Shown here: piece by piece, positions 54,771 to 64,000 of the stretch
How positions within the stretch are numbered: the first letter of the stretch is position 1
Layout of the letters: every line of letters begins with the position of its first letter
Source of the DNA: Verrucomicrobiota bacterium
GTDB taxonomy: Bacteria > Verrucomicrobiota > Verrucomicrobiia > Limisphaerales > Palsa-1400
Assembly: GCA_049510745.1 (NCBI GenBank)
Contig: JBEKYR010000025.1
Span: 1,371 to 65,370 of the forward strand
Length of the DNA: 64,000 nucleotides
Direction: 5' to 3'
Program-made: the position numbers and the translations under genes
The notes under the pieces: model-generated
Told to the model about the DNA's origin: nothing
Seen by the model: only the letters and a program-made list of their open reading frames with translations
The model's database searches: none

Positions 54771-55782
54771 CGATCATGACCTTCAAGGTGTTGCCGGCTT
54801 GCTGCTCGATGAACCGATACGCCTCGGCATACTGTTCGAAAGCGAAATGGCCGGTAATCAGTGGTCCCGTCAATACCGCTCCCGAGGCAATCCACCGCAG
54901 CGCCTGCTCGTAATCCTCATGTTTGTACATGAGGGTGCCAACCAGGCTTAGCTCGCGGTCACCGACGATCGACATGTCCACCCGCGGACGGTCGCCAAAC
55001 ACCCCCACCACCACGATCCGACCGCCCTTTCCGATGGTCTGGATGGCGTCATCCAGCGCCGACTCGGCGCCCACCGCTTCGAAGGCGACGTCAAACCCCT
55101 CCGGGCCAAATGCCCGCTTCACCGCATCCGGCAGTTTCTCTTTGCCCACGTTGCAAGTATGGGCCACGCCGCAGGCCCGCGCTTTTTCCAAACGGAACTC
55201 GCTCAGGTCGGTAATCAAGACGTTCCTGGCGCCCCGGCAACGCGCCGCCTGGGCCACCAAGTTGCCGATGGTTCCCGCGCCGAGCACGACCACATTGCGG
55301 CCGCTCAAGTCACCGGCCCGGCCGGTGGAATGTGCGGCCACCGCCGCCGGTTCGACCAGAGCCCCCTGTTCGTAGGTCAGGGTGTCGGGCAGAACCACCA
55401 GTCGGTCCGCCGGAACCACAAAGAGATCCTGGGCGCAGCCCGGAGCCTGAAACCCCTCCACCTTGAGGCTATTGCAGGTATTATAATCCCCGCGCCGACA
55501 GGGGTCGCAAGTGCCGCAGACCACTTGGGGCCGCGCGGTCGCCTTCATGCCGGGTTTCAGGCGCTCCACACCCGGCCCCACGGCCTCCACGGTCCCGCTG
55601 TATTCGTGCCCCTGTATCACGGGATACGGGGTGAAGGGATGCTTGCCGTGCCACACGTGAATATCCGAGCCACAGACCCCAATGCGCCGTATGCGCAACA
55701 ACACCTGCCCGGGACCCGGCGCCGGGGCAGCCGCCTCCCGAAACTCAATGTGTCCGGGCTTGGTCATAATCGCTTGTCTCAT
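54760..55782 (-). CDS. Zinc-dependent medium-chain dehydrogenase (sorbitol/threonine/idonate DH-like)
   Basis: Contains GVCGSDIHVWHGKHP..GHEYSG, the CGTCDPCRRGDYNTC structural Zn site and the GAGTIG Rossmann motif. Confidence 0.9.
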   Translation of the reverse strand: MRQAIMTKPGHIEFREAAAPAPGPGQVLLRIRRIGVCGSDIHVWHGKHPFTPYPVIQGHEYSGTVEAVGPGVERLKPGMKATARPQVVCGTCDPCRRGDYNTCNSLKVEGFQAPGCAQDLFVVPADRLVVLPDTLTYEQGALVEPAAVAAHSTGRAGDLSGRNVVVLGAGTIGNLVAQAARCRGARNVLITDLSEFRLEKARACGVAHTCNVGKEKLPDAVKRAFGPEGFDVAFEAVGAESALDDAIQTIGKGGRIVVVGVFGDRPRVDMSIVGDRELSLVGTLMYKHEDYEQALRWIASGAVLTGPLITGHFAFEQYAEAYRFIEQQAGNTLKVMIDVN

Positions 55783-55848
55783 ATTCTTAGTCCTTTGTTG
55801 TCTCTGTTCTTTGTTCTAAATCGTTTCCGTTATGATCGCCGGTTATGA

Positions 55849-57543
55849 TTAGCGCAGGATCGTATAGAGCACGCCGACGGTGGCGACCAGGATCACCGCC
55901 ACAAGGCGCGGATCACTGGCGCCGGCGAAGCGGCCTTTGAGGAATGACAGCGGATGATCCCAGCAGACTTTGGCGACTTCCTGCGGATTCATGGCCGGGG
56001 TCAGCAGGCTGGTGATGAGGTAAATCACCACGCACAGCACGGCGATGATCGGCCCGACCAGCATGAACGGAATCCCAAGTCCTTGCGCCGGGTCGGTGAC
56101 CAGTCCGCCAAAACCGTCGTGAGCCCGGCCGTTCAGAAGCATTTTTCCGATGCCCGGCATATCCAGCACGAAGTAAATTCCACCAATGATCGAGCCAGCG
56201 TAAAGCGTCGTCATGGCCGCCTGCCAGGTGCCGCGTTTCCACAGCACGCCGAGCACGAACACAGTCGTCACCGCTGGCGCGAAGGTCATCGGGATCTTGT
56301 TGATCGCCTCGAAGATCGTGCCGAACTGGTTGCCTTGCGTGGACCAGAGCATCGCGAGCAGCATAATTGCTCCCGTGGTGATCCGCCCGATGATGACCAC
56401 GCGCTCGTCCGGCATTTCGGGCCGCTGACGCTTCACAATGTCCAGGGAGATGATGGTGGCGCAACTGTTCAACGCCGCCGCCATGCAACTCATCAACGCG
56501 GCCGCCATGCAGGCCGCCAGCAGACCCTTGAGCCCAATCGGCACGAGGTGATTGATCAGCGCCGGCAGCATCGTGTTGTAGTCGGGCGTGTTCGTGCCGG
56601 CGACATTCGCCAGATGGAACGCGCCTTTCTGCCAGAGCACGTAGCCGATCACACCGGGGAACACCATGAGGAACACCGGAGTGATTTTGAGAAACCCGGC
56701 AAAGAGCGCGCCGTTCTGCGCCGCCGTCAGGCTCTTCGCCCCAAGCACACGCTGCACATGCGTTTGGTCAGCGCACCAATACCAGATGCCGAGAATCGGA
56801 TACCCAAGCAGCACGCCGAGCCAGGAATACTCACTCAAGTGTCCGTGCGCATCCACCACCGGATGCAGCATGTGCAACTGACCGGGCATCACCGCGGCCT
56901 TGAACGAGGCCAGGTCATGGACGCCCACCGAAGGCAAGGCTTGCAGGCCGAGAGTCGTGACGAGTATGGCGCCACCGAGCAGCAGGCAGACCTGGATGTT
57001 CTCGGTCATGACCACCGCCTTCAGTCCGCCCAGGGCCGTGTAGGTCACGGTGAAAAGGGACAGCACAATGATCGTGGCATACATCGGCACGCCGAGAAAA
57101 CTTTCAAACACCTTCGCGGCGGCAAACAAACTGATGCCGATATGAATCAGCAGCGCGCCGAGCAGGCCGATGCACGCCAGAAACGTCCGCGCCGACGGGC
57201 AATAACGCCGCTCCATGAATTCCGGCAGCGTCTTGACCCGCGAGGTGATGTAGAACGGCGCGAAGATCAGAGCCAATAAAATCAAAGTGAAGCACGCCAT
57301 CCATTCGAAGTTGCCGATGACCATGCCGTCCTTCGCGCCGCCAGCGGCAAGGCCGACGAGATGGATGGTTGAGATGTTCGAGGTGAAGATTGCCGCGCCC
57401 ACGGTGAACCAGTTCAGCGAGTGACCGGCCAGAAAATACTGCTCCGAATTGGAATGACGACGGTAGCCGATCCAGATGCCAAACGCTGTGATGCCGACCA
57501 AGTAGATGGCGATGACCACCACATCAATCATGGATATATTCAT
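55849..57543 (-). CDS. Sodium:solute symporter (SSS family)
   Basis: 564 aa with about 13-14 TM segments. The N-terminus YFLAGHSLNWFTVGAAIFTSNIST is typical of SSS/SGLT transporters. Confidence 0.9.
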   Translation of the reverse strand: MNISMIDVVVIAIYLVGITAFGIWIGYRRHSNSEQYFLAGHSLNWFTVGAAIFTSNISTIHLVGLAAGGAKDGMVIGNFEWMACFTLILLALIFAPFYITSRVKTLPEFMERRYCPSARTFLACIGLLGALLIHIGISLFAAAKVFESFLGVPMYATIIVLSLFTVTYTALGGLKAVVMTENIQVCLLLGGAILVTTLGLQALPSVGVHDLASFKAAVMPGQLHMLHPVVDAHGHLSEYSWLGVLLGYPILGIWYWCADQTHVQRVLGAKSLTAAQNGALFAGFLKITPVFLMVFPGVIGYVLWQKGAFHLANVAGTNTPDYNTMLPALINHLVPIGLKGLLAACMAAALMSCMAAALNSCATIISLDIVKRQRPEMPDERVVIIGRITTGAIMLLAMLWSTQGNQFGTIFEAINKIPMTFAPAVTTVFVLGVLWKRGTWQAAMTTLYAGSIIGGIYFVLDMPGIGKMLLNGRAHDGFGGLVTDPAQGLGIPFMLVGPIIAVLCVVIYLITSLLTPAMNPQEVAKVCWDHPLSFLKGRFAGASDPRLVAVILVATVGVLYTILR

Positions 57544-57549
57544 AATGGG

Positions 57550-58617
57550 TCAGTTCCCGGCAATTTCTATCTGGACTTTCAAGGCGTGGCTCTTGTCCGC
57601 CGCCAACCGCAACGCCTGGCCGGCGTCCGCGAGCGGCAAGACGCCCGTGAGGAGCGGACGCAAATCAATCCGGTTCGCTGCAATGAGGCGGATGGCCTCG
57701 TCGAAGACGTCCCCGTAACGCATTGAGCCGATGAAATTGATTTCGCGGTTCATCAGTTGATTGGCCGGCAGCGGAATGTCGTCCGTGCCGAGCGTGCCGA
57801 TCTGCACAATTGTGCCGCCGGGCCGCACGAGGTCAAACGCCTGCCGCAATGCGGGTTTCGCCCCGGAGGCCTCAAAAATCACGTCGAAGCCGTCACCAGC
57901 GATTTCACGGACCTGCTCCGCCAAATGCGCCACCGAAGGGTCGAGCGCAACATCCGCGCCGAGCTGGCTTGCTGTTTTGCGGCGCGTCGCCACGATGTCG
58001 CTCAACGCCACCGGCGCCGCGCCGAAGGTTCGAGCGGTCATCGCCACGAGCAAACCAATCGGTCCGCCACCGGCCACCAGCACGCGTTTGCCCGAAATGG
58101 CGCCGGCGCGTTTGACCGCGTGCAGCGCCACGGCAAAGGGCTCAATCATGGCGCCGAGCGAGTCGTCCATCCCGGCGGGCAACGCGTGGCATTGATCCGA
58201 ACGCACCATCACAAATTCCGCAAACGCGCCGTCCGTCGGCGGCTTGGTGCTGGCGCTTCCCAGCATGATGATCTTCCGGCAAAGATTGGGACGGCCCCCT
58301 TTGCAGTATTCACAAAAGCCGCAAGAACGCGCCGGGTTCACCGTGACGCGCGCGCCTGTCTTCACCACATCCACCCCGTCCGCCAGAGCCGCGACTTCGG
58401 CGGTGAACTCGTGGCCGAGGATGAACGGGCGCGTCGGCACGAACGCCGCGCAATAGCCGTGCTCGAAGTAATGCAGGTCCGAGCCGCAGATGCCCGCGCG
58501 CCGCACGCGCAGTAAAACCATTCCCGGCTTCAGCTCCGGCAGCGGCTGCGGTTCGATTTTGATTTCTTTCGCGCCGTGCAGCACGGCGGCAGTCATGGTG
58601 GAGTTCATTTTCATCAT
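57550..58617 (-). CDS. Zinc-dependent medium-chain dehydrogenase (L-idonate 5-DH-like)
   Basis: Contains GICGSDLHYFEHG..GHEFTA, CGFCEYCKGGRPNLC and GGGPIG. ATG at 58617 overlaps the upstream stop (TGATG); the track start at 58620 is TTG. Confidence 0.9.
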   Translation of the reverse strand: MMKMNSTMTAAVLHGAKEIKIEPQPLPELKPGMVLLRVRRAGICGSDLHYFEHGYCAAFVPTRPFILGHEFTAEVAALADGVDVVKTGARVTVNPARSCGFCEYCKGGRPNLCRKIIMLGSASTKPPTDGAFAEFVMVRSDQCHALPAGMDDSLGAMIEPFAVALHAVKRAGAISGKRVLVAGGGPIGLLVAMTARTFGAAPVALSDIVATRRKTASQLGADVALDPSVAHLAEQVREIAGDGFDVIFEASGAKPALRQAFDLVRPGGTIVQIGTLGTDDIPLPANQLMNREINFIGSMRYGDVFDEAIRLIAANRIDLRPLLTGVLPLADAGQALRLAADKSHALKVQIEIAGN

Positions 58618-59450
58618 CAATCAAGACCGTAGAAACTGGCACAATTCCCGCCGAGAATCTGCGCGCGAACTTCCGCGGGAAATTTCCGAACGTAGTCAGT
58701 TACGATGCCCATCGTCGCCGCGTATTCTCCGGACAACGTGCATACCGGCCAGTCCGAACCAATCATCACGCGATTCGTGCCAAACGCCTCGATGACGATG
58801 TCCAGGTAGCGGCGGAAATCTTCGGGCCGCCATTGTTTCCATCGGGCCTCGGTGACCAACCCGGAGAGTTTGCAGAAGACGTTCGGCAAAGCCGCCAACC
58901 GGCGCAGGTCCTCGCGCCACGGCGACACCTGCCCGTCGCGGATGGCCGGCTTGGCTATGTGATCGAGCACGAACGGCTGTTGGGGAAATTCCGCCACCAA
59001 TTTTATCGCCACCGGCAGATGCTTGGGGAACAAGAGCAGGTCGTAAGTCAGATCGAACTCGCGCAACTGCCCAATGCCGCGCTGAAATTCCGGCTGCAGC
59101 ATGAAATTATCGTCGGGTTCATCGTGGACGACGTGCCGGACGCCAACCAGTTTCTGATGCCGCAAAAATGTTTCCAGTTGCGCGCCGAGTTCCGGCGACC
59201 GCAAGTCCACCCAGCCCACCACGCCCTTGATGAAGTCGTGCGCGTCTGACAACTGAAGCAGCCACTCGGTTTCCTCGACCATCTGCCGTGCCTGCACAGC
59301 AATACCGCCGTCAAACCCTACGGCTTGGAGCAGTGGCTTGAGTTCATCCGGCAAATAGTCGCGCCGCAGGACGGCCATCTGGTCCGTCATCCAGACCTGA
59401 TGAGCCGGATTGTAGCGCCAAAAATGCTGGTGTGAGTCAAGGCAAATCAC
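58617..59450 (-). CDS. Amidohydrolase_2-family lactonase (L-fucono-1,5-lactonase-like)
   Basis: The N-terminus (V/M)ICLDSHQHFWRYNP is the hallmark of this lactonase group. ..VLDHIAKP..IGSDWPV.. is also present. The GTG start overlaps the upstream stop (GTGA). Confidence 0.8.
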   Translation of the reverse strand: MICLDSHQHFWRYNPAHQVWMTDQMAVLRRDYLPDELKPLLQAVGFDGGIAVQARQMVEETEWLLQLSDAHDFIKGVVGWVDLRSPELGAQLETFLRHQKLVGVRHVVHDEPDDNFMLQPEFQRGIGQLREFDLTYDLLLFPKHLPVAIKLVAEFPQQPFVLDHIAKPAIRDGQVSPWREDLRRLAALPNVFCKLSGLVTEARWKQWRPEDFRRYLDIVIEAFGTNRVMIGSDWPVCTLSGEYAATMGIVTDYVRKFPAEVRAQILGGNCASFYGLD

Positions 59451-60487
59451 TTTCCATTCTTTCCAAGGGCGCTCAGCTCGCCCTTATAAACCGCCAGCCG
59501 AATGTCGTCGGCTGGCTGATCAAAGTAGCCTTCGGGGCCGTAGTACATAAAGTAAAGGCCGTCCGTCACTTTCAGAATAAACGCGTCGTGGCACTGCATC
59601 ACCTGGGGGTTCTGCAACTGCCAACGCAGGCCATCCTGCGAGGTGGCGAAGCCGGTCCAACACCCCGAGCAGCCCGGGCGGACAAACTTGCCAAAATACA
59701 TGAACCACTGGCCGCCATCCTGGAATACATGCGGGAATTTGTACATGGTGTTCGTATAGGGCAAGCCCGCAATGTGGACGGGCTGGGCGCCTGCAAAATC
59801 AAAGTTGGTCTCGTTGGGCGACTGGGCGCAGTACAGTCCCTGCGGTTCGTAATGTCTATCCCAGTAGTACATGAAATAGCGCCCGCTCTTCTGGTCGTGA
59901 ACAACGTGATCATCCTCCACCCGGCCTAGGTGACTTAACCGACATTGCTTCACAAAATGCACGCCATCCCTTGAAGTTGCGTAACCCCACTCGCACACGT
60001 CATCCCCGCTGCTGCCACCATACCACATCTTAAACATGCCATCCTCGTAGATAACGAATGGGTCCCAAGTTCCGTTATAGTCCCAATCGTTGCCGGTTCC
60101 TCTTGGCAGCACTGGATTTGCTGGATCTTTCGTCCAATGCACGCCTTCACGCGAAAGCGCGTGCCCAATCTGAATAACGCCAAGACCGTTAGGTTTGCCA
60201 GCGGCCCAACCTTCGTAGTACAGGTGGTACCAATCGCCAACTCTCACCACTGTCATCGTCTCGATGGCGCCAGCATCCCAGGAACCTGACGAGCCGGGAG
60301 ACAGAATGGGGTTGTTCGTATAGTCCCGCCATGCTCCTGGCGAGCACCATCCGACAGCCTCGCGGGCGGCCCGTACCGCAGCGGTTTCCTGGCCCCAAGC
60401 TGACCAACACAGAAGAGTGACGACGAATGTCACTGTCGCGCGGAGGAGCACTAACTCACCTCGCAAAAGAGCTTGTTTCTTTGTCAC
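59447..60487 (-). CDS. Secreted five-bladed beta-propeller glycoside hydrolase-like protein (GH43/32/130-type fold)
   Basis: GTG start with signal-like N-terminus. Blades: WDAGAIETMTVVRVGDWYHLYYEGW, IGHALSREGVHWTKDPANPVL, GTWDPFVIYEDGMFKMWYGG, GYATSRDGVHFVKQ. It is a close paralog of the N-terminal domain of the next gene. Confidence 0.7.
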   Translation of the reverse strand: MTKKQALLRGELVLLRATVTFVVTLLCWSAWGQETAAVRAAREAVGWCSPGAWRDYTNNPILSPGSSGSWDAGAIETMTVVRVGDWYHLYYEGWAAGKPNGLGVIQIGHALSREGVHWTKDPANPVLPRGTGNDWDYNGTWDPFVIYEDGMFKMWYGGSSGDDVCEWGYATSRDGVHFVKQCRLSHLGRVEDDHVVHDQKSGRYFMYYWDRHYEPQGLYCAQSPNETNFDFAGAQPVHIAGLPYTNTMYKFPHVFQDGGQWFMYFGKFVRPGCSGCWTGFATSQDGLRWQLQNPQVMQCHDAFILKVTDGLYFMYYGPEGYFDQPADDIRLAVYKGELSALGKNGK

Positions 60488-60546
60488 GTTGCTTTAGTAT
60501 ATTTACGCCGCAGGTCAATCTGCGCTTGGATGTTCGGCCTCATCTA

Positions 60547-63500
60547 TTAACTCCTTAATCGGTAGAACATCGAACGGTTTGTAATGGGCAGAGTCGCCGG
60601 GCTGTTTGTCGCGCCAGGAATATCCACCCAGCTCGCGTTGTTTAATGACTGGAGGATCTCTTGGAGCATAAAACCAGTTGTCTTCCATGAGATAATGATC
60701 TCATTGCCAGATCGGCTGATCGAAAGCTCCGGGGGTGGGACCAGAGCTGCCGCATAATGCTCTTGAATACGGGCGGACGAAAGGACGTTGGTGTAAATGG
60801 CAAAATCAGCAATCAGGCCGTTGTAAGGTGGATCTCCGCCATCAGTTTGCACGCCAATAGCGCCGGCATCCAGAGACACTGGGACCGTTGTTGTCGTGTA
60901 ATCGTTGGTGCTCCAGGGATCCCCGTTGAGATACAGGGTCGCGGTGCTCGCCGTAGCATCATAAACCACCGCCACGTGAGTCCATTGGCCTGGGGCAATT
61001 GCTGGGCTGCCGGGATAATTTACATCGTAAGGCGGCGTTGCGACAGTGAACCGTATGCTGCCGCCGTTGACAAGAAGATGCACAATGCCGGTATGCCACT
61101 GGTCCACGGTGTAAATCGCATCCGCTCCGGAGAGCTGGCTAGGCTTGATCCAGACCTCGAATGTGGCTTGGTTGTCACCACTGCCGCCCAAGCTGTTAGC
61201 AGCAGCCAAAGCCGGCACCGCGACAAAGCTGGCGTTGGGGCCGCTGAACCCGACCGCCTTCCCCAGGCCAGGTGTCGCGCTGGGATTGCCCAGAGAAACG
61301 TTGTGGTAAATGCCGGTGTTGCCATTGCCAGAGGAGTCAACCGCCGCCGTCGCCCCGATACTCTCCCCAAACCGATAATACACAACCGGATGGTCCGCTA
61401 TGACCGAATCCGCGTAGGTCGGCCCTGGCGGCTCCACCAAGAGGAGCGCGGTGCGGGTGGTCGCCGGTATTGCACCGACCGCTGTCACAACGCAATCAAA
61501 GTGCGTCCCGTTATTGGCGAGTGTCAGTGCCGGGGTGATATAGACCGCGTTCGTTGCTCCAGCGATGTTCACGCCGTTCGTCTGCCATTGGTAATTCAGC
61601 AAATAGTTGGTCAAGCCAACAACAGTCGCGCCCGTTGTAAAGATGGCAGTGCCGCCCGCATACCCGCCTGCATCCTGGGGTTCACTTGTGATGATTACAT
61701 ATACGGGCGGGCCACTAGCTAGCGCCGCTGCGTAATGCTCCTGGATGCGGGCGGCTGAAAGCGCGTTGGTGTAAATGGCAAATTCATCAATCAACCCATC
61801 GTAGAATCGCCCACCGCTAAACTCCCCAATCCAGCCAGCCTCAAAATCGGCTGGGCCGGCGCTCGTGTAAATATTGGTGCCCACCGGCGCCCCATTGATG
61901 TACATGGTCACATTGGACGCTGTGTCGTCGTAAACCGCCGCCACGTGAGCCCACTGGCCTGCCGAAATTGAGGGACTGAAAAAATCCACATCCGTTGGCG
62001 TGTTGCCGTTCACACTAAACCGTATGTCGTTGGCTGCCCAACAATGAAGATGCACCGCGCCGAGCTGCCACGGGACAGCATAAATCGCTTCAGGTCCATT
62101 CAGCGCTTGGGGCTGGATCCAAGCCTCCATCGTAAAGCGGTCGTTGCCTTTTCCCCCCAAGCTGAGTGCGCCACTCAACACCGGCATGGTTACGAAGCTG
62201 TTCGAACCGTTGAATCCGGCCGCCTGCCCGAGGTCCGCTGCCGCGCTGGGGTTGCCCAGAGAAACGTTGTTGTAAACGCCGTTCTTACCCGCGCCTGAAG
62301 AGTCAACCGCCGTCGTCGCGCCAGCGCCCTCCTCAAAGCGATAATACACGACCGGATGGTCCGCTATGACCGAATCCGCGTAGCTCGTCCCCGGCGGTGC
62401 CACCAAGAGGAGCGCGGTGCGGGTTATTGCATTTGTTGCGCCAGTCGCCGACACGACACAATCATAGAGCGTGCCATTGTTGGCCAGCGTCAGCGTCGGC
62501 GTCGTATAAACCGGATTGGTTGCTCCAGTGATGTTCACTCCATTCGTCTGCCATTGGTAACTCAGCGCACTGTTTGTGCCAACGAGAGCCGCGCCCGCCA
62601 TGAAGGCAGCCGTCCCGCCCACAGATACGACCGCGTCCTGCGGCTGGTTTGTGATGACGACACATGGAATCACATTGTAAAAGGCCAGCCGTATGTCGTC
62701 GGCTGGCTGGTCAAATAAGCCGTCCGGGCCATAGTACATAATGTAAAGGTTGTTTGTCATAGGCAAGACAAACGCGTCGTGACATTGTATCATCTGAGGG
62801 TTTTGCAGCTGCCAGTTCAACCCATCTTGCGACGTGGCGTAGCCAGTCCAACACCCTGCACAACCGGGGCGGATAAACTCGCCAAAATACATGAACCACT
62901 GGCTGCCATACTTGAACACATTCGGGAATTTGTACATCGTTGTGGTATAGGGCAGACCCGCAATGTGGATGGGCTGAGCCCCTGCGAAATCAAAGTTGGT
63001 CTCGTCGGGCGACTGAGCGCAGTACAATCCCTCCGGTTCGTACTGCCTGTTCCAGTAGTACATGAAATAACGCCCGCTGGCCGCGTCATGAACAACGTGG
63101 TCATCCTCGCACGTCCCCAGGTGGCTTAATTGCCCATGCTCCACAAAATGCACTCCGTCTGTGGAGGTCGCATATCCCCAATCACCAGCATTCCCTCCAT
63201 GCCAAAGTTTGAACAGGCCATCCTCGTAGATGACGGAGGGATCCCACGTTCCGGCCGCATCCCAATCGTTGGCGCTCGCTGGCAGAACCGGATTGGCCGG
63301 GTCCTTTACCCAATGCACGCCGTCAAGCGAAGTCGCGTGCCCAATTGCGATGGCGCCGAGGCCGTCATAATTGCCTACCGCCCAGGCTTCATAGTACATG
63401 TGCCACCAATTCCCAACTTTTACCACCGTCATCGTCTCCAGCGCGCCAGCGTCCCAGGCTGACGGACCGGGGGAAAGAAGCGGGTTATTCGTATAGGGCT

Positions 63501-63633
63501 GCCACGCGGCGATACCTAAAAACGGGTCAACGGACTGCTGGCCGCAAGCGGACCAGCACAACATGTAAAGCGCACACGTGACCGCCGCCTCACAGAGCAA
63601 AGAACCAACACGCAAACAATACTTGATTTTCAT
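60547..63633 (-). CDS. Large secreted multidomain protein: beta-propeller GH-like domain + 2 x (Ig-like + LamG/concanavalin-like) modules + C-terminal beta-sandwich
   Basis: The ATG at 63633 gives signal MKIKYCLRVGSLLCEAAVTCALYMLCWSACG. The propeller is paralogous to 59447..60487. An internal repeat of about 300 aa is present (..YQWQTNGVNI(T/A)GATN..YADSVIADHPVVYYRF..VDSSG.G..G.Y.NVSLGNPSA..). The tail is ..ISWKTTGFMLQ...MFYRLRS. Confidence 0.8.
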   Translation of the reverse strand: MKIKYCLRVGSLLCEAAVTCALYMLCWSACGQQSVDPFLGIAAWQPYTNNPLLSPGPSAWDAGALETMTVVKVGNWWHMYYEAWAVGNYDGLGAIAIGHATSLDGVHWVKDPANPVLPASANDWDAAGTWDPSVIYEDGLFKLWHGGNAGDWGYATSTDGVHFVEHGQLSHLGTCEDDHVVHDAASGRYFMYYWNRQYEPEGLYCAQSPDETNFDFAGAQPIHIAGLPYTTTMYKFPNVFKYGSQWFMYFGEFIRPGCAGCWTGYATSQDGLNWQLQNPQMIQCHDAFVLPMTNNLYIMYYGPDGLFDQPADDIRLAFYNVIPCVVITNQPQDAVVSVGGTAAFMAGAALVGTNSALSYQWQTNGVNITGATNPVYTTPTLTLANNGTLYDCVVSATGATNAITRTALLLVAPPGTSYADSVIADHPVVYYRFEEGAGATTAVDSSGAGKNGVYNNVSLGNPSAAADLGQAAGFNGSNSFVTMPVLSGALSLGGKGNDRFTMEAWIQPQALNGPEAIYAVPWQLGAVHLHCWAANDIRFSVNGNTPTDVDFFSPSISAGQWAHVAAVYDDTASNVTMYINGAPVGTNIYTSAGPADFEAGWIGEFSGGRFYDGLIDEFAIYTNALSAARIQEHYAAALASGPPVYVIITSEPQDAGGYAGGTAIFTTGATVVGLTNYLLNYQWQTNGVNIAGATNAVYITPALTLANNGTHFDCVVTAVGAIPATTRTALLLVEPPGPTYADSVIADHPVVYYRFGESIGATAAVDSSGNGNTGIYHNVSLGNPSATPGLGKAVGFSGPNASFVAVPALAAANSLGGSGDNQATFEVWIKPSQLSGADAIYTVDQWHTGIVHLLVNGGSIRFTVATPPYDVNYPGSPAIAPGQWTHVAVVYDATASTATLYLNGDPWSTNDYTTTTVPVSLDAGAIGVQTDGGDPPYNGLIADFAIYTNVLSSARIQEHYAAALVPPPELSISRSGNEIIISWKTTGFMLQEILQSLNNASWVDIPGATNSPATLPITNRSMFYRLRS

Positions 63634-63777
63634 AAAAAACTCTTCTGCGGCTTCGATATCGCCACAGAGCGACTCCCCCCTCGCAGCCTTTCGCCTTTCC
63701 ACCAACCTGCAAAACTGAACCAAAGAACTCGATGCAAGCTGTTTATCATGTCCTCCAGCAATGACACCGAAAGCTCC

Positions 63778-64000
63778 TTAAGGGTTGAAATAGACTCGTT
63801 TCATTTTCGTCCACCCTTTGGCGCCGGAAAGCGGTATTTGCAGCGGATCGCATACTTTTAGCCATTCGATGTTGCGCGGTTCCGCGTCCAGCTTGGCCAT
63901 GTCCCCATCGAAATCGTCGCCAGTATATTCCCAATAACCAAACTCGTACCATTTGTCGTCAATTTGCTGCATGAAAATCGAAAAATTATGCATGTGGTAT
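63778..64000 (-). CDS. rhaM: L-rhamnose mutarotase (RhaM family), N-terminus beyond window
   Basis: ..HNFSIFMQQIDDKWYEFGYWEYTGDDFDGDMAKLDAEPRNIEWLKVCDPLQIPL...GWTKMKRVYF matches the RhaM pattern. The reading frame stays open to the window edge (..YHM..). Confidence 0.7.
   Translation of the reverse strand, partial: YHMHNFSIFMQQIDDKWYEFGYWEYTGDDFDGDMAKLDAEPRNIEWLKVCDPLQIPLSGAKGWTKMKRVYFNP

Overview
GC-rich bacterial chromosomal window. Its gene content (PEP-CTERM-type sorting tail, many secreted glycoside hydrolases, LamG/Ig multidomain proteins ending in an FYRLR-type C-terminus, Tat-signal enzymes) suggests a Verrucomicrobiota/PVC-like organism; this is inference only, and no database search was possible.

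Layout:
- 1-3.6 kb: a partial NHL-repeat secreted protein, mobile-element debris, a truncated serine-hydrolase gene and two families of short intergenic repeats.
- 3.6-4.7 kb: an isolated flgM-fliS-flgN-like chaperone trio.
- 4.8-11.7 kb: housekeeping and envelope genes (lipoprotein, YVTN beta-propeller, M16 peptidase, TIM-barrel isomerase, TPR membrane protein).
- 11.8-15.6 kb: a lower-GC single-polypeptide nuclease-methyltransferase-TRD (Type IIG/IIL-like) restriction-modification gene, translationally coupled to an unknown 108-aa ORF.
- 16.5-22.7 kb: glyQS, a DUF2127-like membrane protein with a natural His6 tail, dus, a Tat-signal protein and a GH29 fucosidase.
- 23.0-28.6 kb: a 1577-aa RHS/YD-repeat toxin with an unrecognised C-terminal tip and no visible immunity gene, preceded by a PEP-CTERM-like protein.
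- 29.0-32.4 kb: a VOC-SnoaL fusion, a PadR remnant, a DapA-family enzyme and an aldehyde dehydrogenase.
- 32.56-49.3 kb: a roughly 17-kb decayed genomic island. It starts at a decapitated tRNA-Phe gene whose 5' half is present twice. It carries vapBC, integrase remnants, gene fragments and chimeras, a truncated SNF2 helicase, several unknown small genes, a metallophosphoesterase module, a group II intron and an orphan AbiEi.
- 49.3-64 kb: a long minus-strand deoxyhexose/sugar catabolic cluster (FucU/RbsD, two AKRs, PfkB kinase, two Zn-ADHs, SSS transporter, fuconolactonase-like amidohydrolase, tandem beta-propeller GH paralogs, RhaM).

The most interesting candidate for an undescribed system is the tightly packed minus-strand cassette at 43.0-48.0 kb: two unknown genes plus an RNase H-fold protein with a large insertion. 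Its first gene appears to be split by the antisense group II intron. All family calls rest on motif recognition in the translated ORFs and need HMM or structure searches to confirm.
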